From assembly GCA_964355045.1 (NCBI GenBank), contig CAYHCM010000004.1:16474-56143 (forward strand): a stretch of 39,670 nt of DNA, given 5' to 3'. How positions within the stretch are numbered: position 1 is the first letter of the stretch; every line of letters begins with the position of its first letter. The position numbers and the translations under genes are program-made. The notes under the pieces are model-generated. The model was not told the origin of the DNA. It ran no database searches and was given only the letters and a program-made list of their open reading frames with translations. This DNA is from an uncultured Chitinophaga sp. (GTDB taxonomy: Bacteria > Bacteroidota > Bacteroidia > NS11-12g > UBA9320). Below, piece after piece: positions 37,640 to 39,670 of the stretch.

Positions 37640-38330
37640 TTTGAGCTAGTTTTGACATGGCATTTGGTACACCCATTGAATAATTTCCGTCAATTTCAAA
37701 ATCATAGAATGATGGATTTTTATACCATTCATTAATATTCATAGTAAGGGTTTTATTCTGAGTTTCTCCTGTAATACTTATTGGTATATTAATATCCACT
37801 TTTATCAAATTAAAATTATTTCCAAGGTGCATGGCATAGCCATTTTTATTTAAACCCGATTTATCAAGAAAATAACCTTCCATTTTCATAAAATGATAAC
37901 CACCACCCATGGCATCAGGCCAGGCCATATTTATATTTTGGAGTGTTGGTGGTAAATAATTTGTTATATTTTTATTGGGATCAAGGCCTATAAAAAATGA
38001 AATGGAAGTATAGTCTCCCTGCGGAATATTGTCAATAATAAGGGCATTAGTTAATGATTTTCGGGCATTGATATAAAAAACGGAATTGGAAGCATAGGAT
38101 GAGCCGTCCGGTTTTTTAAAAGTAAAACCAGAAAGAAAATATTCCAGATGGTTTATGCCGTATTTGTTTCCCGAAGCATTAGTAAAAATAATAGTATCAA
38201 ACTTTAAGGATGCTGCGTCAACCGAATATTCAACAGCAAATTTTAAAACACCGGTTTTAATTTTTACAGGCTCATCTTTACACGAAAAGAATACTAAAAC
38301 AATAAAACTTACTATTAATAAATTTTTCAA
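37611..38330 (-). CDS. MbnP-family lipoprotein
   Basis: Lipobox FFSC; LEYFLS, IPQGDY...F.IGLD, GYHFMKMEG, MHLG; paired with a di-heme enzyme. Confidence 0.8.
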   Translation of the reverse strand: MKNLLIVSFIVLVFFSCKDEPVKIKTGVLKFAVEYSVDAASLKFDTIIFTNASGNKYGINHLEYFLSGFTFKKPDGSSYASNSVFYINARKSLTNALIIDNIPQGDYTSISFFIGLDPNKNITNYLPPTLQNINMAWPDAMGGGYHFMKMEGYFLDKSGLNKNGYAMHLGNNFNLIKVDINIPISITGETQNKTLTMNINEWYKNPSFYDFEIDGNYSMGVPNAMSKLAQNGKDVFTVK

Positions 38331-38350
38331 ATTCTCCTTTTTTTATCCTT

Positions 38351-38358
38351 CAAAGATA
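38351..38358 (-). promoter_or_regulatory. -7 promoter element (TATCTTTG) for the mbnP/H-like operon
   Basis: TAnnTTTG ending 20 nt before the TTG start. Confidence 0.65.
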
Positions 38359-38380
38359 AATTGGGAGAAAATGAAAATAT

Positions 38381-38394
38381 ATGATTTATATCAT
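38381..38394. promoter_or_regulatory. FNR/Crp-like box ATGAT-TTAT-ATCAT
   Basis: TGAT-N4-ATCA dyad centred ~30 nt upstream of the -7 element. Confidence 0.55.
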
Positions 38395-38470
38395 GTTTTC
38401 GTAAATCAGAATTGTGAATATTCAGAGGATACTAAGTGGTTAGGTTTGGAAATAATACCCAGCTTTAACA

Positions 38471-38623
38471 GCCACAGATTCACAGATTAAAAATTGTTTC
38501 AGATTAAATCAGATTTAAAAATATTTCATATTTTTTTTGTGAAAATATTTTGAAAAAAGATAAATTTTAATTTGTCCTATCTGATTTAATTCCCTGAAAA
38601 TTTTTAATCTGAGAATCTGTGGC
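38471..38623. mobile_element. 153-bp MITE-like or structured element, copy 2
   Basis: 25-bp terminal inverted repeats GCCACAGATTCACAGATTAAAAATT (24/25) and an inner 12-bp inverted repeat. Confidence 0.8.
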
Positions 38624-38672
38624 ATATGGTAGGCAGAAGAAGTACTTAACAGGCAACAGCCCTACAAGGCTA

Positions 38673-39670
38673 CTATTTTCCCTTAAAAACTATAACCCGT
38701 GTATAATAATTTGTGTTATCCGTTCCTGAGGATTGAAGAATATAGATGCCGTCGGCCACTGAGTTTAAGTTCATGTGGTGAATCTGTATGCCGGAGTTCG
38801 ATAGTTCGGTTTGTATTAATTTCCCGGATAAATCGTACAAAGAAAAGGTAAAAACCTGACCTGATTTTTTATTGATATTTAATACCGCACAATTGGTAGG
38901 ATTGGGATAAACAGTGGGGCCGGCTTGTTTTCTAATGTCATTTATACTGTTAATTTTTACCGAACCTTTTAAAAAATTAATTCCGCCCCGGTTATTTCCA
39001 ATTATCAAATCATGAACTCCATCGTTATCCAAATCACCAACCGCCGGCCTGCTTTGAGTTCCAAAATCTAAGGTAGTTGTTCGCATATAGGCCGAATCGA
39101 AAATTACCATGGTATCTTCCTTATATTTTAATTGATTGTAGGTATCAAATTTAAAAAAACGAACTTTACCTTCATCCCCACCGCAAACCATATCAAATTT
39201 TCCATCATTATCCAAATCGGTTATTTTGCCTGAAGCATCGCCAAAATAATTATAAACCGGCTTCCCACCGGTATCATATTCGGTAATTTCATTTACAATA
39301 AAATTTCCCAAAGTATCATCCATTTTGGTAAATTGAGGATTGGTTTTGTTTCCGGTATTTCTGAAATAATTAAAATTGCCATTTTTTTCACCTACCACCA
39401 AATCCAATAAACCATCCTTGTCCAAATCAATAATTTGGGGTGTGCTTCGTTCACCATTTACTCTCACATTTCCATAATTTTTAATTGGTGTAGTAAATGC
39501 CCAGGTAGTACTTGAACCAATATTTTTATAAAAATAAAGGCTCCCAAAATAATTTCCGGCTACCAAATCGGGTTTGCCATCTCCATTCAAATCGCCTATT
39601 GATATTGAAAGAAATTGAATTGAGTCGGCACTTAGCCCCCAAAGATCTTCGTTTTCAAGTTTAAATACGG
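38673..39670 (-). CDS. FG-GAP/VCBS-repeat protein with T9SS type A sorting domain (5' end outside the window)
   Basis: Repeated DLxxDGxxDL motifs; C-terminal domain VYPNPT...LYDLSGKLI...GIYIL; frame is open to the window edge. Confidence 0.9.
   Translation of the reverse strand, partial: VFKLENEDLWGLSADSIQFLSISIGDLNGDGKPDLVAGNYFGSLYFYKNIGSSTTWAFTTPIKNYGNVRVNGERSTPQIIDLDKDGLLDLVVGEKNGNFNYFRNTGNKTNPQFTKMDDTLGNFIVNEITEYDTGGKPVYNYFGDASGKITDLDNDGKFDMVCGGDEGKVRFFKFDTYNQLKYKEDTMVIFDSAYMRTTTLDFGTQSRPAVGDLDNDGVHDLIIGNNRGGINFLKGSVKINSINDIRKQAGPTVYPNPTNCAVLNINKKSGQVFTFSLYDLSGKLIQTELSNSGIQIHHMNLNSVADGIYILQSSGTDNTNYYTRVIVFKGK

Overview
AT-rich bacterial chromosomal window, almost certainly Bacteroidota: it has TAnnTTTG -7 promoters, T9SS C-terminal domains and the miaB-sigma54 regulator-lptE-secG and nusB-DUF1573-yajC-coaE gene orders. 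About 40 CDS: housekeeping genes in 0.8-28.5 kb and an accessory, largely secreted or lipoprotein block in 28.7-39.7 kb. I found no rRNA, tRNA, CRISPR array, transposase, integrase or reverse transcriptase. The most unusual content is non-coding: (1) an array of four identical 147-bp units plus one degenerate unit, running off the left edge; (2) two dispersed ~153-bp multi-hairpin elements with a compensatory base change; (3) further CAC...GTG-ended fold-back elements built from 8-9-mer repeats; (4) REP-like palindromes; (5) 7-mer/8-mer tandem tracts in many intergenic gaps, some apparently recruited into start-codon contexts and a signal peptide. Coding anomalies: coaE has no canonical start codon, an adenylate cyclase is split by a -1 frameshift across two slippery heptamers, and an MbnP/MbnH pair lacks canonical motifs and sits under an FNR-like box. 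All calls come from reading the sequence and ORF track by eye; no searches were run.
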